Shown here one piece after another: positions 39,981 to 49,980 of a DNA stretch of 64,000 nt. The stretch's first letter is position 1. Every line of letters starts with the position of its first letter. A program made the translations under genes and the position numbers. Source of the DNA: an uncultured delta proteobacterium (lineage in GTDB: Bacteria > Desulfobacterota > Desulfuromonadia > Geobacterales > Pseudopelobacteraceae). The stretch lies in the NCBI GenBank assembly GCA_963772835.1, contig CAVYYZ010000008.1, positions 224,001 to 288,000 on the forward strand, given 5' to 3'. The notes under the pieces are model-generated. The model was given only the letters and a program-made list of their open reading frames with translations, did not search any database and was not told the DNA's origin.

Positions 39981-41101
39981 TAGTTTTTACCCCCGGCCGG
40001 CTGTTTTGCTGCTGGCTGTTTTTCTACTACCGCCCCGGGAGTCAAGCGCAACTGACCGTCCACAACCACCGTTTCACCAGCTGCCAGGCCTTTCTCGACA
40101 ACCGTATCCTCACCCACTGCCATGGTGGCTGTAACCTGGCGCATCTCCACTGAATTATCCGGTTTTACCACATAAATATACTGCCCCTGCTGGCTGGTCT
40201 GGATAGCATTGGTCGGCACAACTACAGCATTTTTCCGACTGCCCAGCGTCATTACCACATCAGTAAACTGCCCCGGCCAGAGTTTACGAGATTTGTTGGC
40301 AAAGACCCCCTTGAGTTTGATCGTGCCGGTTGCCGGGTTCACGGCATTATCAAGAAAGCTGATCGTACCGGTTTCGGTGGCACCCGGTTCATTCGGGATT
40401 GCCGCCTCGATCTTTAATTCATTGCCGGCCATGGCCCGCTTTACCTCAGCAAGCAATTTCTCCGGTATGGAGAAGGTGGCGTAGATAGGAGTGAGTTGAT
40501 TGATCGTCACGATCGCCAGGTCGTTTGCTTTCACCAGATTACCCGGTTGCAGCGCGATCGTGCCTGTCCGGCCGGCGATAGGTGACCGGATGGAACAATA
40601 GCCGAGCTGGATTTTGGCGTTTTTTATGGCGGCACGGTCAGCAACGAGTGTTGCAGCCAGGGATTCGGCATTAGATCGCAACAGGTCATATTGATCGCGG
40701 GTGACTATTCCCTCTTTGAGTAACCCCGCGTAGCGCTCTGCCTGTTCACGAGCGAATTTTGCCTGAGCCTGATCCTTTGCCAGTGTTGCTTCAAGCTGGT
40801 TCAGCATCGCCCGGAACGGTTCCGGGTCAATACTGATCAACAAGACGCCCTTCTCTACATTGCTTCCTTCCGCAAAGTGGAGTCGGGCTATCTGCCCCCC
40901 CACCTGCGACTTTATGGCAACGATCGTGAATGCTTCGATATTGCCGATGGCCTTGACCTGGACCGGGACATTTTTCAGGGCCGCTTGGACCACCTTTACC
41001 GGAACCGGTGGTTTTGCTTTGGGTTTCTCTTTTTTGGCTGTACAGGAGGTGCAGAGGAGGAATACAACGGAAAAAATCAGGAATAGTGAGGTGTGCTTCA
41101 T
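39980..41101 (-). CDS. RND periplasmic adaptor subunit (MdtA-like)
   Basis: IKSQVGGQI, IRSPIAGRTG and LWPGQF motifs. Confidence 0.93.
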   Translation of the reverse strand: MKHTSLFLIFSVVFLLCTSCTAKKEKPKAKPPVPVKVVQAALKNVPVQVKAIGNIEAFTIVAIKSQVGGQIARLHFAEGSNVEKGVLLISIDPEPFRAMLNQLEATLAKDQAQAKFAREQAERYAGLLKEGIVTRDQYDLLRSNAESLAATLVADRAAIKNAKIQLGYCSIRSPIAGRTGTIALQPGNLVKANDLAIVTINQLTPIYATFSIPEKLLAEVKRAMAGNELKIEAAIPNEPGATETGTISFLDNAVNPATGTIKLKGVFANKSRKLWPGQFTDVVMTLGSRKNAVVVPTNAIQTSQQGQYIYVVKPDNSVEMRQVTATMAVGEDTVVEKGLAAGETVVVDGQLRLTPGAVVEKQPAAKQPAGGKN

Positions 41102-41403
41102 ACATTTCTTCTTTCTTGATATTTGATTGTCAACAGGTGAACGGCTCTCAAGAAGCAGCCGGTGAACTTGACGCCAACTTCGGACATTCGACCGTGCACT
41201 TCAGCAGTCACTGGAACATGCTTAATATGCACGAGAATATGGCAGTGTGCCCGTTCTCGCAGGAATGCACTGCTTCGGATATTCTGCTGATCGATTGCAT
41301 CATAAAGCCGATAATCAACTTCAGGAGAATCGGTGCCGTATTGGAGGTTATTGACAAGGTCGCGGCTCTTTTTTCGCCGCCAGTACTTCAGGTGATTGAA
41401 TCA

Positions 41404-41949
41404 TTATGCTGCTCCGGCTGCTGTCATGATGCTTTTAATCTTTTCAACTGCATCGTTATAAAGTTTTTGAGCTTCTACACTTTTCCTCCGGTACTCAAGC
41501 AGAGCCATCGGGTTCTTGTCGGATACAAAACTCTTGATGGCATCAAAGGAGTCAGCATATGCCTTATGGGCAGAGACTAAACCCGTTTTACCATCGTTTA
41601 GAAGCTTCTTAGCCTCGGGGGACAATGCTTCAGGAACTCCCTTTTTAGCCAGTGTTTCTCCCGCCCGGATGCATTCAGCCTTTGCCTTGTCGATTACTGA
41701 AGGCAGGTTGATGGAAATACCGCCACCTTTAATGACATTTTTCAGTTCATCACCGGCCAGTTTGACCGCCTTATCCGTGATACTCTCCATGCTGAGAAGA
41801 TCTTTCTGGAAAGCCATCAATTTTTCTTTGTCGACCGGTGAGAGCGTGAATGCAGCAATCTTTTGAGGCGGTGCCGGTGCTTTCTCAGTTGAGCAGCCGC
41901 ATACTGTCATAATTCCGCTGATTATAGCAATCAGTACGATTTGCTTCAT
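41404..41949 (-). CDS. Hypothetical helical lipoprotein
   Basis: N-terminal lipobox-like VCGC; GGAG RBS. Confidence 0.65.
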   Translation of the reverse strand: MKQIVLIAIISGIMTVCGCSTEKAPAPPQKIAAFTLSPVDKEKLMAFQKDLLSMESITDKAVKLAGDELKNVIKGGGISINLPSVIDKAKAECIRAGETLAKKGVPEALSPEAKKLLNDGKTGLVSAHKAYADSFDAIKSFVSDKNPMALLEYRRKSVEAQKLYNDAVEKIKSIMTAAGAA

Positions 41950-42027
41950 AGGGCATATTCTCCGGTGTCATTGAATGGTAGTAATTAATACGATACGGGA
42001 GGAGTCGCCCCCTCCCGTATGCTGTAT

Positions 42028-42327
42028 TTAGTCAAACAGCTCAGATATCCATGACTTTTTCCTGTACTGGCCGTTCTGACCATACCTATGATCATCGTGA
42101 TGCTGCTTTCCATGCTGTTGCTGCGTGTGGCCGGTTTGCAGGAACTGAGGCTGGATTTGCGTTTGGGGTTGGGTATACGCCGCTGTCTGGGCATCAGACC
42201 GTTCGATGATTTTATCCAGTTCCCCCCGGTCAAGCCAGACACCCCGGCATTCCGGGCAGTAATCGATTTCAACTCCCTGTCGTTCTGCAATTTTAAGATC
42301 TATTCCTGCGCATACGGGGCATTTCAT
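42028..42327 (-). CDS. zf-TFIIB-type Zn-ribbon protein
   Basis: MKCPVC...ERQGVEIDYCPECRGVWLDRGELDKII...KKSWISELFD, with a His/Gln-rich linker; AGGAG RBS. Confidence 0.88.
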   Translation of the reverse strand: MKCPVCAGIDLKIAERQGVEIDYCPECRGVWLDRGELDKIIERSDAQTAAYTQPQTQIQPQFLQTGHTQQQHGKQHHDDHRYGQNGQYRKKSWISELFD

Positions 42328-42510
42328 TTCGGTTTCTCCTATAGGTCCGGTTGTACGCACATGACTCGCTAGAGCCCGGTAATGCCGCGCTCCGTGTACA
42401 TGGCGCAAATAATAATACACCATCAACATTCATTGCGGTGGATGCGCGGTGAAGTCATTAATGTGAGGAATATCAGTCGTTCAATTGGTGATAGAGTGCT
42501 TTGAGCCGAT

Positions 42511-42819
42511 TCAGGAAATGCTTTGAGGGGGGACAAATATCGGTCTAATGACATTTGGAAGTTTTTGATACCGCTCTCTCGGTATAATTACCGAAACAAG
42601 TGGAGCATAGATAACAGCTATTCCGGAGTGAAGGTTGATGTACTCTGCACAACAGACGGTCAAATCGCAGCCGTCGGCGTCCTGATGGTGTGAGTGGCTT
42701 GATGTACCGGAAGTGTCTATGGTATCAGCGTTACCCATGCAGGAATCACAGGGGTGGTCAAAACAAGCCAGCGGCTGAAGAAGAAACATCAGCAGGATAA
42801 TCAGGGACACTGTTTTCAT
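42511..42819 (-). CDS. Small exported Cys/His-rich protein with C-terminal LPNVIRPIFVPPQ (putative arrest/leader peptide), 102 aa
   Basis: Starts MKTVSLIILLMFLLQPLA at 42819; shares PCDxC, CC, YAPL and PIFVPPQ with 29523-29876. Confidence 0.78.
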   Translation of the reverse strand: MKTVSLIILLMFLLQPLACFDHPCDSCMGNADTIDTSGTSSHSHHQDADGCDLTVCCAEYINLHSGIAVIYAPLVSVIIPRERYQKLPNVIRPIFVPPQSIS

Positions 42820-42874
42820 ATGCCTATCCAGGTACAGGGTCAGGAGCAAAAACCGGGAAGACCCGGCCCCGGCT

Positions 42875-43255
42875 TTATTCCAGCATCTTCGCATTAACGG
42901 CAAAATATTCCGATTCTCCAAAACAGGTTGTGGGGATTCCTTTGTGCTGTTCGTAGAAGAGCGAAACCTTCTTGCCCATGGCCGAATTAAGTTTGTTGAT
43001 AACCGTCTTATCGCGTACCGAAAAGATGAATTTTTCCGGTATTGCACCCGGTACCGGCAGCATCTGCAGCTCCCCTTCCCAGGTTTTACAGAGCCACCCT
43101 TTCTCTGAAAATTTTTGGATGTAGCCGACTCTTTCGCCTTTTGAATAGCTCCAGTTAAGCACAATCATGACATATCCGGTACTGAGAGCTGCTACGGTTA
43201 CAATCAGCAGCAGAGCGATTCCAATTACCTTCTTCTTTATTTCCCCGGCTGTCAT
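42875..43255 (-). CDS. Conserved hypothetical membrane-anchored protein
   Basis: GGAGG RBS; TM helix then YSKGERVGYIQKFSEKGWLCKTWEGEL. Confidence 0.75.
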   Translation of the reverse strand: MTAGEIKKKVIGIALLLIVTVAALSTGYVMIVLNWSYSKGERVGYIQKFSEKGWLCKTWEGELQMLPVPGAIPEKFIFSVRDKTVINKLNSAMGKKVSLFYEQHKGIPTTCFGESEYFAVNAKMLE

Positions 43256-43610
43256 TCGTCCTCCGTTACGATACTTGAAACCAACGTGACAGAGGTATCC
43301 TGCCACCCGTTATTGTTCGCCAACATTCCCTGGCATTCCACCGGGCACTGAGCCACGTAGCCAGCCACTGTACCACAAGATATTATACAAGGATCCTTTT
43401 TTTTGGCAGCAGCAGGAAATTAATAAGTGCCGGCCTCCAGTGAATTCAGGCCCTGTCAAATGCTTTATTCGAAGTGGTATGGGTTTCCCGAACGGCATGG
43501 CGCCGGAGTCGGCCCGGGGTACATTCACAATATTGATTGATTGATCGTCGGATTCAATGTAGACCTTGAGCTGGACAGCCTGAGCATAATACCACGGAGG
43601 TCTCGCGACC

Positions 43611-44684
43611 ATGGATCGTACTTTGTTCACAACACTGCTGGTGTACACCTTTACCCTGGTGCTCCTGTATCTGCTGTACTCCGTTCTCTCCCCTTTCCTT
43701 GCGGCACTGGTATGGGCCGGTGCAATAGGCGTCATCACACAGCCGCTCTATGAAAAAGTGCTCTACCGCTGTAAGGGGAATGGGATAGCCGCTTCCGCGC
43801 TGCTGACAGTGACCGTTGTCCTGGCTGCCATACTCCCGCTGGTTGGTCTGATATTCTCCCTTTCACGAGAAGCGTCTCTGGCGTATCAATACCTTGAGAG
43901 CTCGGCAGCAGGAGGCTCTGCAGCTGCCTTTGGTGATATGTTGAATCATCCATCGATCATTCCCTGGATTGACTGGATCAGGCCGGTGTCCAGCTCTCTT
44001 GGCCTGGATCTGGATGCCATGCTGCTTCCGGCGGTAAAAAAAGGGATTGCCATAATGCTGGATTATTCGACGGGAATTGTGAAAAATTTTCTCGGATTCC
44101 TGGTTAAACTGGTTCTGATGGTAATCGCTCTTTTTTTTATATACCTGGACGGAGCGAGATTTGTTCGCCGTTTCTGGCTTGTTGTTGCTATAAGAGATGA
44201 CCTCAGGACAACTATCATCGATACGATTACCCGGGTAATGGGCGCAGTTATGTACGGGATCGTTCTGACATGCCTGGTGCAGGGTGCACTGGGAGGCCTT
44301 GGGTTCTGGGTTGCCGGACTTCCTTCTCCGATAATGTTCGGGGCATTGATGTCAATATGTGCCATGATACCGATAATAGGGACCGCCATTATCTGGCTAC
44401 CAGGATCGATTTACCTGCTGATGCAGGGGCAGACAATGCATGGTCTGCTGCTGATCGTCTGGGGCATCGTGGCCGTCAGCAGCATTGACAACATTATTCG
44501 CCCCCTGTTTATCAGCGGTAAATCCCGGCTCCACATTTTGATCATAATGCTCGGAGTGCTTGGCGGAATACTGGCTTTCGGGGTTTCCGGAGTGGTCGCG
44601 GGGCCGGTAATTCTGGCGCTTGTTGCCGTTTTTTTTGAGGAGTCCAGTCAGAAAACAGTTCATAAGGATCCTCTCGAAACATGA
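43611..44684 (+). CDS. AI-2E (PerM/YdiK) family transporter
   Basis: Multi-TM; IPIIGTAIIWLP, IDNIIRP and FGVSGVVAGP motifs. Confidence 0.9.
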   Translation: MDRTLFTTLLVYTFTLVLLYLLYSVLSPFLAALVWAGAIGVITQPLYEKVLYRCKGNGIAASALLTVTVVLAAILPLVGLIFSLSREASLAYQYLESSAAGGSAAAFGDMLNHPSIIPWIDWIRPVSSSLGLDLDAMLLPAVKKGIAIMLDYSTGIVKNFLGFLVKLVLMVIALFFIYLDGARFVRRFWLVVAIRDDLRTTIIDTITRVMGAVMYGIVLTCLVQGALGGLGFWVAGLPSPIMFGALMSICAMIPIIGTAIIWLPGSIYLLMQGQTMHGLLLIVWGIVAVSSIDNIIRPLFISGKSRLHILIIMLGVLGGILAFGVSGVVAGPVILALVAVFFEESSQKTVHKDPLET

Positions 44685-45160
44685 CCAAAGAACGATTAAT
44701 AAAGTGCATAATAGCGGCACTTTCTGCCGACCTTGCGGTTTTATCCTCCGCTTCCAGGGCTGCCCATGACGCTGCCACCCACTCAGAATGTCTTCCTGAC
44801 AACAGGTACGATACCACTGCACTCGAGGCTTCCTACATCGCACAGGGGCAGGCAAATCGTGCTCAGGAAATCCGGGCGGCATTGGAAAATTACCGTACCC
44901 TGACTCTGTATGATTTTAACGATGATACTCCGATTCGGCTGACCGCCCTGATTGTTCTGGAAAGCGCGGAGGGAAAAGTCCGGCGTTTTTTTCTCGGCCC
45001 ACAGGCCGGGGGGTTAAAAATTGCCGATGGCAGCGGGGACATTGTGATTATTACACCTGGTTCTCCCCTGGGTCGTTCTCTTCTGGGATTACGCTCCGGA
45101 GATGAAGTGAATGCCGGCGATGATACCTCTGCACTGTTTACCATTGTTGAGGTCAGCTGA
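44681..45160 (+). CDS. GreA/GreB-family C-terminal-domain protein
   Basis: NRYDTTALEASY.A.GQA.R and ITPGSPLGRSLLG motifs. Confidence 0.8.
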   Translation: MTKERLIKCIIAALSADLAVLSSASRAAHDAATHSECLPDNRYDTTALEASYIAQGQANRAQEIRAALENYRTLTLYDFNDDTPIRLTALIVLESAEGKVRRFFLGPQAGGLKIADGSGDIVIITPGSPLGRSLLGLRSGDEVNAGDDTSALFTIVEVS

Positions 45161-45166
45161 TAACGT

Positions 45167-45673
45167 ATGAATAATGACATTAAAATTACGCTGCTAACCC
45201 ATTCCAAAGAGTTCGGAAAACGATCCAATACCGGGCGCCTGGTGGTTGACGTTCTGGGGAATGCCGCCGAGCAGGTCCGGTGGGATAGAATTAATCCACC
45301 TGTACGACTTGTCGAGGCGATCGAAGCCGGTGGTGTGGCTCTGATCTACCCCGGAGCGCCAGATGAGACTGATGGCGACCTCAGCTGTATTTCGGAGTTT
45401 GTAATTATTGACAGTACATGGCACGAAGCTCGCAAAATTCATCAACGAAGTCCCTATCTGCAAAAAATTCGCCGCATCTCACTGACGACAGTCGAGAAAT
45501 CAGTGTACAACCTTAGAAAAAATCAGAAAGAATCCGGTTTGTGTACGGCAGAATGTGCCATTGAAGTACTGCGGCTCTCGGGGAATAGTGCGGAGGCGGC
45601 GCTACTGCTGGAACGTTTCCTGGCTTTCATAAGACCGCCAGGGGTAATGCGGGGAGCGGTGCCGGGGCACTAG
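45167..45673 (+). CDS. DTW-domain tRNA-uridine aminocarboxypropyltransferase-like protein
   Basis: H..E..K.SNTG, IIDSTWHEA, YNLRK and LCTAEC motifs. Confidence 0.83.
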   Translation: MNNDIKITLLTHSKEFGKRSNTGRLVVDVLGNAAEQVRWDRINPPVRLVEAIEAGGVALIYPGAPDETDGDLSCISEFVIIDSTWHEARKIHQRSPYLQKIRRISLTTVEKSVYNLRKNQKESGLCTAECAIEVLRLSGNSAEAALLLERFLAFIRPPGVMRGAVPGH

Positions 45674-45722
45674 CATGGGATCAGATGTCTTTGCGTTTAA
45701 AAGCAAATCTGAACGACGTTTT

Positions 45723-46321
45723 TCAGGCTTTGAACCTGCTCTCATTTCCGGAAATCAGCCGCCTGATATTTTCATGATGGCGGAAAATGACGATTACTGC
45801 AATCACGAGAGTTACTATCGTGATTACTCTGCTTCCCCCCGTAAAAAAGACCGCCAGTGGCATGGCGGCGGCGGCGGCGATCGACCCGAGTGAAACATAG
45901 CGCCAGATGACCATCAAAACGGCAAACAGCGCCACTGCAATTATAACTGCCTGAGGTGCCAGTGCTAAAAAAACTCCCAGCGCAGTGGCGACCCCTTTTC
46001 CCCCCTGAATTTGAGAAAAACAGAAAAAACGTGTCCACAAAATGCGGCAAGCCCGACCCAGGCGGAGAATTCAGGAGGGAGTGTGCTGAATTTAACGAGG
46101 ATAACGGGGATCAGTCCCTTCAAACAGTCGCCGATTAATGTAATAATGCCGACCGTCCGTCCGACCGTTCTGTACAGATTGGTCGCGCCGATATTGCCGC
46201 TCCCCTCCTTGCGGACATCTATCCCGTACGCTTTGCCGAGCAGAAGCCCGGTGGGGATCGACCCGATCAGGTAGGCTGACATGATAAGCAGTGCTAAAAT
46301 GATGGTCTGGTCTCCTGTCAC
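45723..46321 (-). CDS. plsY: Glycerol-3-phosphate acyltransferase PlsY, split by a 1-nt frameshift in a G-run (~46000-46005)
   Basis: YLIGSIP, GSGNIGATN and GHVFSVFLKFR in one frame; GGKGVAT and RHHENIRRL in the other. Confidence 0.9.
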
Positions 46322-46324
46322 GAT

Positions 46325-46735
46325 TTATATCCCTGCAATGATTTTCCAACCTTCAGGTTCTTTTGCAAGCTGGAGGTGGTCGGTGCCATTCAGGGACATT
46401 TCTTTTCCCCGCGCCCGGATTTTCATGCGGTAGCTGCCGGTCGACTCGGCGTGGTTGCCGTCAACGGTTATTGCCGGTGTGTCCGGTTCGTACCTGATGT
46501 ACTCAAAATCCCTGAAATTCTTTTCCAGGCTCTCTTTAAGCTGGGCAAACCGTTTGTCCTTATCGTCGTAGTTTATAGATACAACGGAGAGGTATTGCGT
46601 CATATCCATCGAATTCAAAGCACTGGTACGGGTAGCAAGGGTTTTACGTATCTCATGCTGGTCCCGGTTCGAGTCGATGCATCCTGATGCCGGAAGAAGT
46701 AACAGACAGAGTATACCGGGCAGCCAGCCTTTCAC
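46325..46735 (-). CDS. NTF2-like / DUF4440 lipoprotein
   Basis: Lipobox-like ASGC; C-terminal EPEGWKII typical of NTF2-like folds. Confidence 0.65.
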   Translation of the reverse strand: MKGWLPGILCLLLLPASGCIDSNRDQHEIRKTLATRTSALNSMDMTQYLSVVSINYDDKDKRFAQLKESLEKNFRDFEYIRYEPDTPAITVDGNHAESTGSYRMKIRARGKEMSLNGTDHLQLAKEPEGWKIIAGI

Positions 46736-47478
46736 TAAAAGAATGAATCCATGGCTTTGTTGGCATCAGCGATATATGCGCTGCCGGGGAATTCACGGGC
46801 CAGCTGACCGAATATCTCCCGCCCTTTTGCTTTCTGACCATCCTCCAGATATGCTCTGCCAAGATAATACAAAACTTCATCGCGCCGGGCAGAGTCGGAG
46901 AACATTTTCAGAGATTCCTCAAACCGGCCGATTGCAGCCTTATAGGCATCGGTTTTTAAATAAAAGCGGCCGACATACAGCTCATACTCAAGCTGTTTGT
47001 CACGGCACTCCCGCCGCTTCTCCTGGACTTCTGCCAGCTGGGCTCCGGTCGGGTAGAGTTTTACATAGGAATCAAAGGTATTTTGCGCATTTTTTACCGG
47101 AGTCTGGTCGGTGTCTATGCCGTGAATCTGATTGAAATAACTCATCCCCTGCCGATACAGCGCAAAATCAGCCTGCGGGTGCTTCGGGTGCAGTTTCCGG
47201 AAATCTTCATATCCGGCTGCTGCTTCGATATAATCCTTATTCAGGAAATAGGCGTCGGCAATATTAAGCTCGGCCTTTGTCGAAAGTTCAGGGGATTGAT
47301 ACGTTTCTTTCACTTTTTTCCATTGAGCGATCGCATCTTCATATTTTTCGTCCTGATAGAACTGTTCACCCTCTTTAAAGAGCACATCAGCCGGTTTGAT
47401 CACCTGCGGTGTGGAACAGCCCTGAAAAAGTGCTGACGCTAGAATGAGAGTGACGACCAGTTTTGCAGTTGTTTTCAT
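46735..47478 (-). CDS. bamD: Outer-membrane protein assembly factor BamD
   Basis: Lipoprotein signal, TPR repeats, F.KLHP.H, DTDQT and E..VGRFYLK motifs. Confidence 0.88.
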   Translation of the reverse strand: MKTTAKLVVTLILASALFQGCSTPQVIKPADVLFKEGEQFYQDEKYEDAIAQWKKVKETYQSPELSTKAELNIADAYFLNKDYIEAAAGYEDFRKLHPKHPQADFALYRQGMSYFNQIHGIDTDQTPVKNAQNTFDSYVKLYPTGAQLAEVQEKRRECRDKQLEYELYVGRFYLKTDAYKAAIGRFEESLKMFSDSARRDEVLYYLGRAYLEDGQKAKGREIFGQLAREFPGSAYIADANKAMDSFF

Positions 47479-47503
47479 ACGGATCCTTTTTTTGCGATAT
47501 CAG

Positions 47504-48832
47504 TTAAACGATGCCCACACCGCGTTTGTCTGCCAGCAGTCGGCCGATTATGTCATGATTAAGCCATAGTGTCGCTGACCCTGGATTCCATGAACTGTGC
47601 AGCATCAGGCGTCCTGTTGAAAGAAATACTATTCTGGATAATTCAGCGCAGACCAGTTGCTTCTGGTCGGCATGCATCTCCATCAATTCTGCAGAGGCAG
47701 CCAGCATCAGTTCGGCCTGTTCGCGGGTGTTGTGCTGCGGCCAGGTAGAAAAATCCTCAATTTCGTCCAGGATCGGAGAGGAGAGGTAGCGGTCGGCACG
47801 CTTCAGAAGGTTGGTAACCGTTTCTCCCTCCTTCAGCATTGACTGGCATCGTGTCTCAAGCGTCGCGGCAATCTGTTCTCCGGCTTCACGGCGTATTGCG
47901 CTCAAAAGCGGATAGAGCGATATTTCGACTCCGAGAAACAGCGCACTTGAATTGGTCTGGATTTCCGGGCAGTTGAACACAGTTGCCGTAATCCCCTGTG
48001 AAGTAGCTTCGGCGGCAATATCTTCGAGGCGCATCTTCGCGATACCTTGCACATAGGGAGTGTAGGATTGCCAGCGGTACTCGCCGTTTACCAGAACGCC
48101 GGTACCGTGATAGCCGTAGGCGGAGTAACAGACCCGGGCTCCGGCACCTGCATTGCGTTCGCGAAGAGATGCGGTATTTTCAATCAGATAACGAAAGGTG
48201 TCAGCAGTGACTTCATTGAAGCTGGTGTTGCAGAGCTCACCTAGCGGACTGTTCCAGAATACTTCCGATGCCAGATACTTGTCGCCGGTACCTTTAAAAA
48301 TCCTGTTCAGGAGCGGCATGAAAACGCGGGCCCGGGGGATACCGCCTGCCATGGAATGAGCCAGGAGAATATTGGCATCCGTCGGTATGAGTTTGAGCAG
48401 TGTTGCTTCCATTTGCGCCAGATGAGAGCAAAACCGTGCCCTCCCGGCGGCGTGGGCTTTTTCGACACTCCCTTCAATAAAACTGATGGTGGCCAAATCG
48501 TCAGGGCGGGCTTTTTTCAGCTGTTCAGCCACTGAGGGGACTCCGTCAACGCTCTCCATATCAAAACCGGCTTCCAGCGGGATGTTGATGATCGCTCCCC
48601 CCAGAAGTGTTTCTGCTTCCGACAATTCTTCGGCATTCAGCTGCCTCAGTGTCCCGTCACTATCCCTGCGTCCGACCGTTGTGCCGATAACGGTCATGCC
48701 GATCCGTTTGGCTTCGTCAACCAGGCCGTTTGCATAGCCGCGTCCGAATAGCTCTCCTACTAATACAAGCACGTCGCCGGCTTTGTATCCTGCCGTATCA
48801 GGTAGCTGCTGCAGTGGTCTGTATTCTGTCAT
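47504..48832 (-). CDS. Probable FabMG-family enoyl-ACP reductase
   Basis: GDVLVLVGELFGRGYANGL, TVGRR, HSMAGGIP, YGYHGT and PEIQTNSS motifs (family recalled, not searched). Confidence 0.65.
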   Translation of the reverse strand: MTEYRPLQQLPDTAGYKAGDVLVLVGELFGRGYANGLVDEAKRIGMTVIGTTVGRRDSDGTLRQLNAEELSEAETLLGGAIINIPLEAGFDMESVDGVPSVAEQLKKARPDDLATISFIEGSVEKAHAAGRARFCSHLAQMEATLLKLIPTDANILLAHSMAGGIPRARVFMPLLNRIFKGTGDKYLASEVFWNSPLGELCNTSFNEVTADTFRYLIENTASLRERNAGAGARVCYSAYGYHGTGVLVNGEYRWQSYTPYVQGIAKMRLEDIAAEATSQGITATVFNCPEIQTNSSALFLGVEISLYPLLSAIRREAGEQIAATLETRCQSMLKEGETVTNLLKRADRYLSSPILDEIEDFSTWPQHNTREQAELMLAASAELMEMHADQKQLVCAELSRIVFLSTGRLMLHSSWNPGSATLWLNHDIIGRLLADKRGVGIV

Positions 48833-48965
48833 ATAATCTCCTGAATTCGATAAAATAAGCCTCCTTTTTAGCATAAACAGCACTGTCATGTGAACATAAA
48901 AAGCTGCAGTGACATATGGCGTGTTTCATGCTAGTGTGGATCAAATATTCTGGAGACCAATTCGC

Positions 48966-49979
48966 GTGAATAATGACCTGATTCTTCTTGGCCACGGCAG
49001 CGGCGGCCGACTTTCGCACCAACTGCTTGATGAACTGATCATACCGATTGTGAGCGGGATTCCGGCCTCGGGACAGAACGATGCCGCCTTGCTGGAGCCA
49101 GTTCCCGGGCGGATAGCCTTTACGACCGACTCTTTTGTCGTGGATCCGATATTTTTCCCGGGCGGAACCATCGGCAGCCTGGCTGTGCACGGCACTGTCA
49201 ACGACCTGGCAATGATGGGTGCCAGGCCGCTCTGGCTGAGTGTCGGACTTATTATTGAAGAGGGTTTCAGTAAAAGTGATCTGAAGGTCATACTGGAAGA
49301 TATGCGCTTTGCGGCAGATGCTGCAGGCGTAACCATCGTTACCGGAGATACCAAAGTCGTGCCGCGCGGCAAGGCGGATAAAATATACATTACGACGTCC
49401 GGCGTCGGTGCCGTCGAACATACGTTTCAGGTCCATGGTGCCAATGCGCAGCCGGGAGATGTGATTATCATTAACGGCACGATCGGTGATCATGGCATTG
49501 CCGTCATGGCGGGGCGTGAAGGGCTTGAGGTCGGGACTGAAATAAAAAGTGATTCTGCCGCATTGAACGGCCTTGTTGCCGATCTTCTTGAGGAAGTCGG
49601 AGCTGCTCTTCATGTTCTGCGCGATCCTACCCGGGGTGGCGTGGCCACCACTATCAAAGAAATTGCCCAGCAATCCGGTGTCGCCATCACACTGAAGGAA
49701 AAGGCGCTGCCGGTTAAACCGGCTGTGCGTGGGGTATGCTCGATTCTGGGACTTGATCCGCTGTTTGTGGCTAATGAGGGGAAACTGTTGGCATTTGTCT
49801 CCGCTGATGCTGCAGAGGCGGCCCTGGCCGTCATCAGGAATCATCCTCTCGGATCGGCAGCTGTTGTCATCGGCACGGTTGAGAACGGTCCGGCCGGACG
49901 TGTGCAGATGGAAACGGTGATTGGCGGTATGCGTTCGGTTGATATGCTCTCTGGGGAACAGTTGCCGAGGATCTGCTGA
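48966..49979 (+). CDS. hypE: Hydrogenase maturation protein HypE
   Basis: HGSGG, FTTDSFVV.P.FFPGG.IG, GDTKVV and RDPTRGG motifs; C-terminal PRIC. Confidence 0.95.
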   Translation: MNNDLILLGHGSGGRLSHQLLDELIIPIVSGIPASGQNDAALLEPVPGRIAFTTDSFVVDPIFFPGGTIGSLAVHGTVNDLAMMGARPLWLSVGLIIEEGFSKSDLKVILEDMRFAADAAGVTIVTGDTKVVPRGKADKIYITTSGVGAVEHTFQVHGANAQPGDVIIINGTIGDHGIAVMAGREGLEVGTEIKSDSAALNGLVADLLEEVGAALHVLRDPTRGGVATTIKEIAQQSGVAITLKEKALPVKPAVRGVCSILGLDPLFVANEGKLLAFVSADAAEAALAVIRNHPLGSAAVVIGTVENGPAGRVQMETVIGGMRSVDMLSGEQLPRIC

Positions 49980-49980
49980 A

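Noticed and set aside
41102..41403. Minus-strand mini-ORF with Cys residues and an in-frame TGA (possible third selenoprotein)
   Set aside because: No RBS, no redox motif around the TGA and no SECIS-like hairpin
42820..43164. N-terminal 115 aa of the 217-aa track ORF 42511..43164
   Set aside because: Overlaps the 42875-43255 gene in another frame; the signal-peptide start at 42819 matches the paralog architecture
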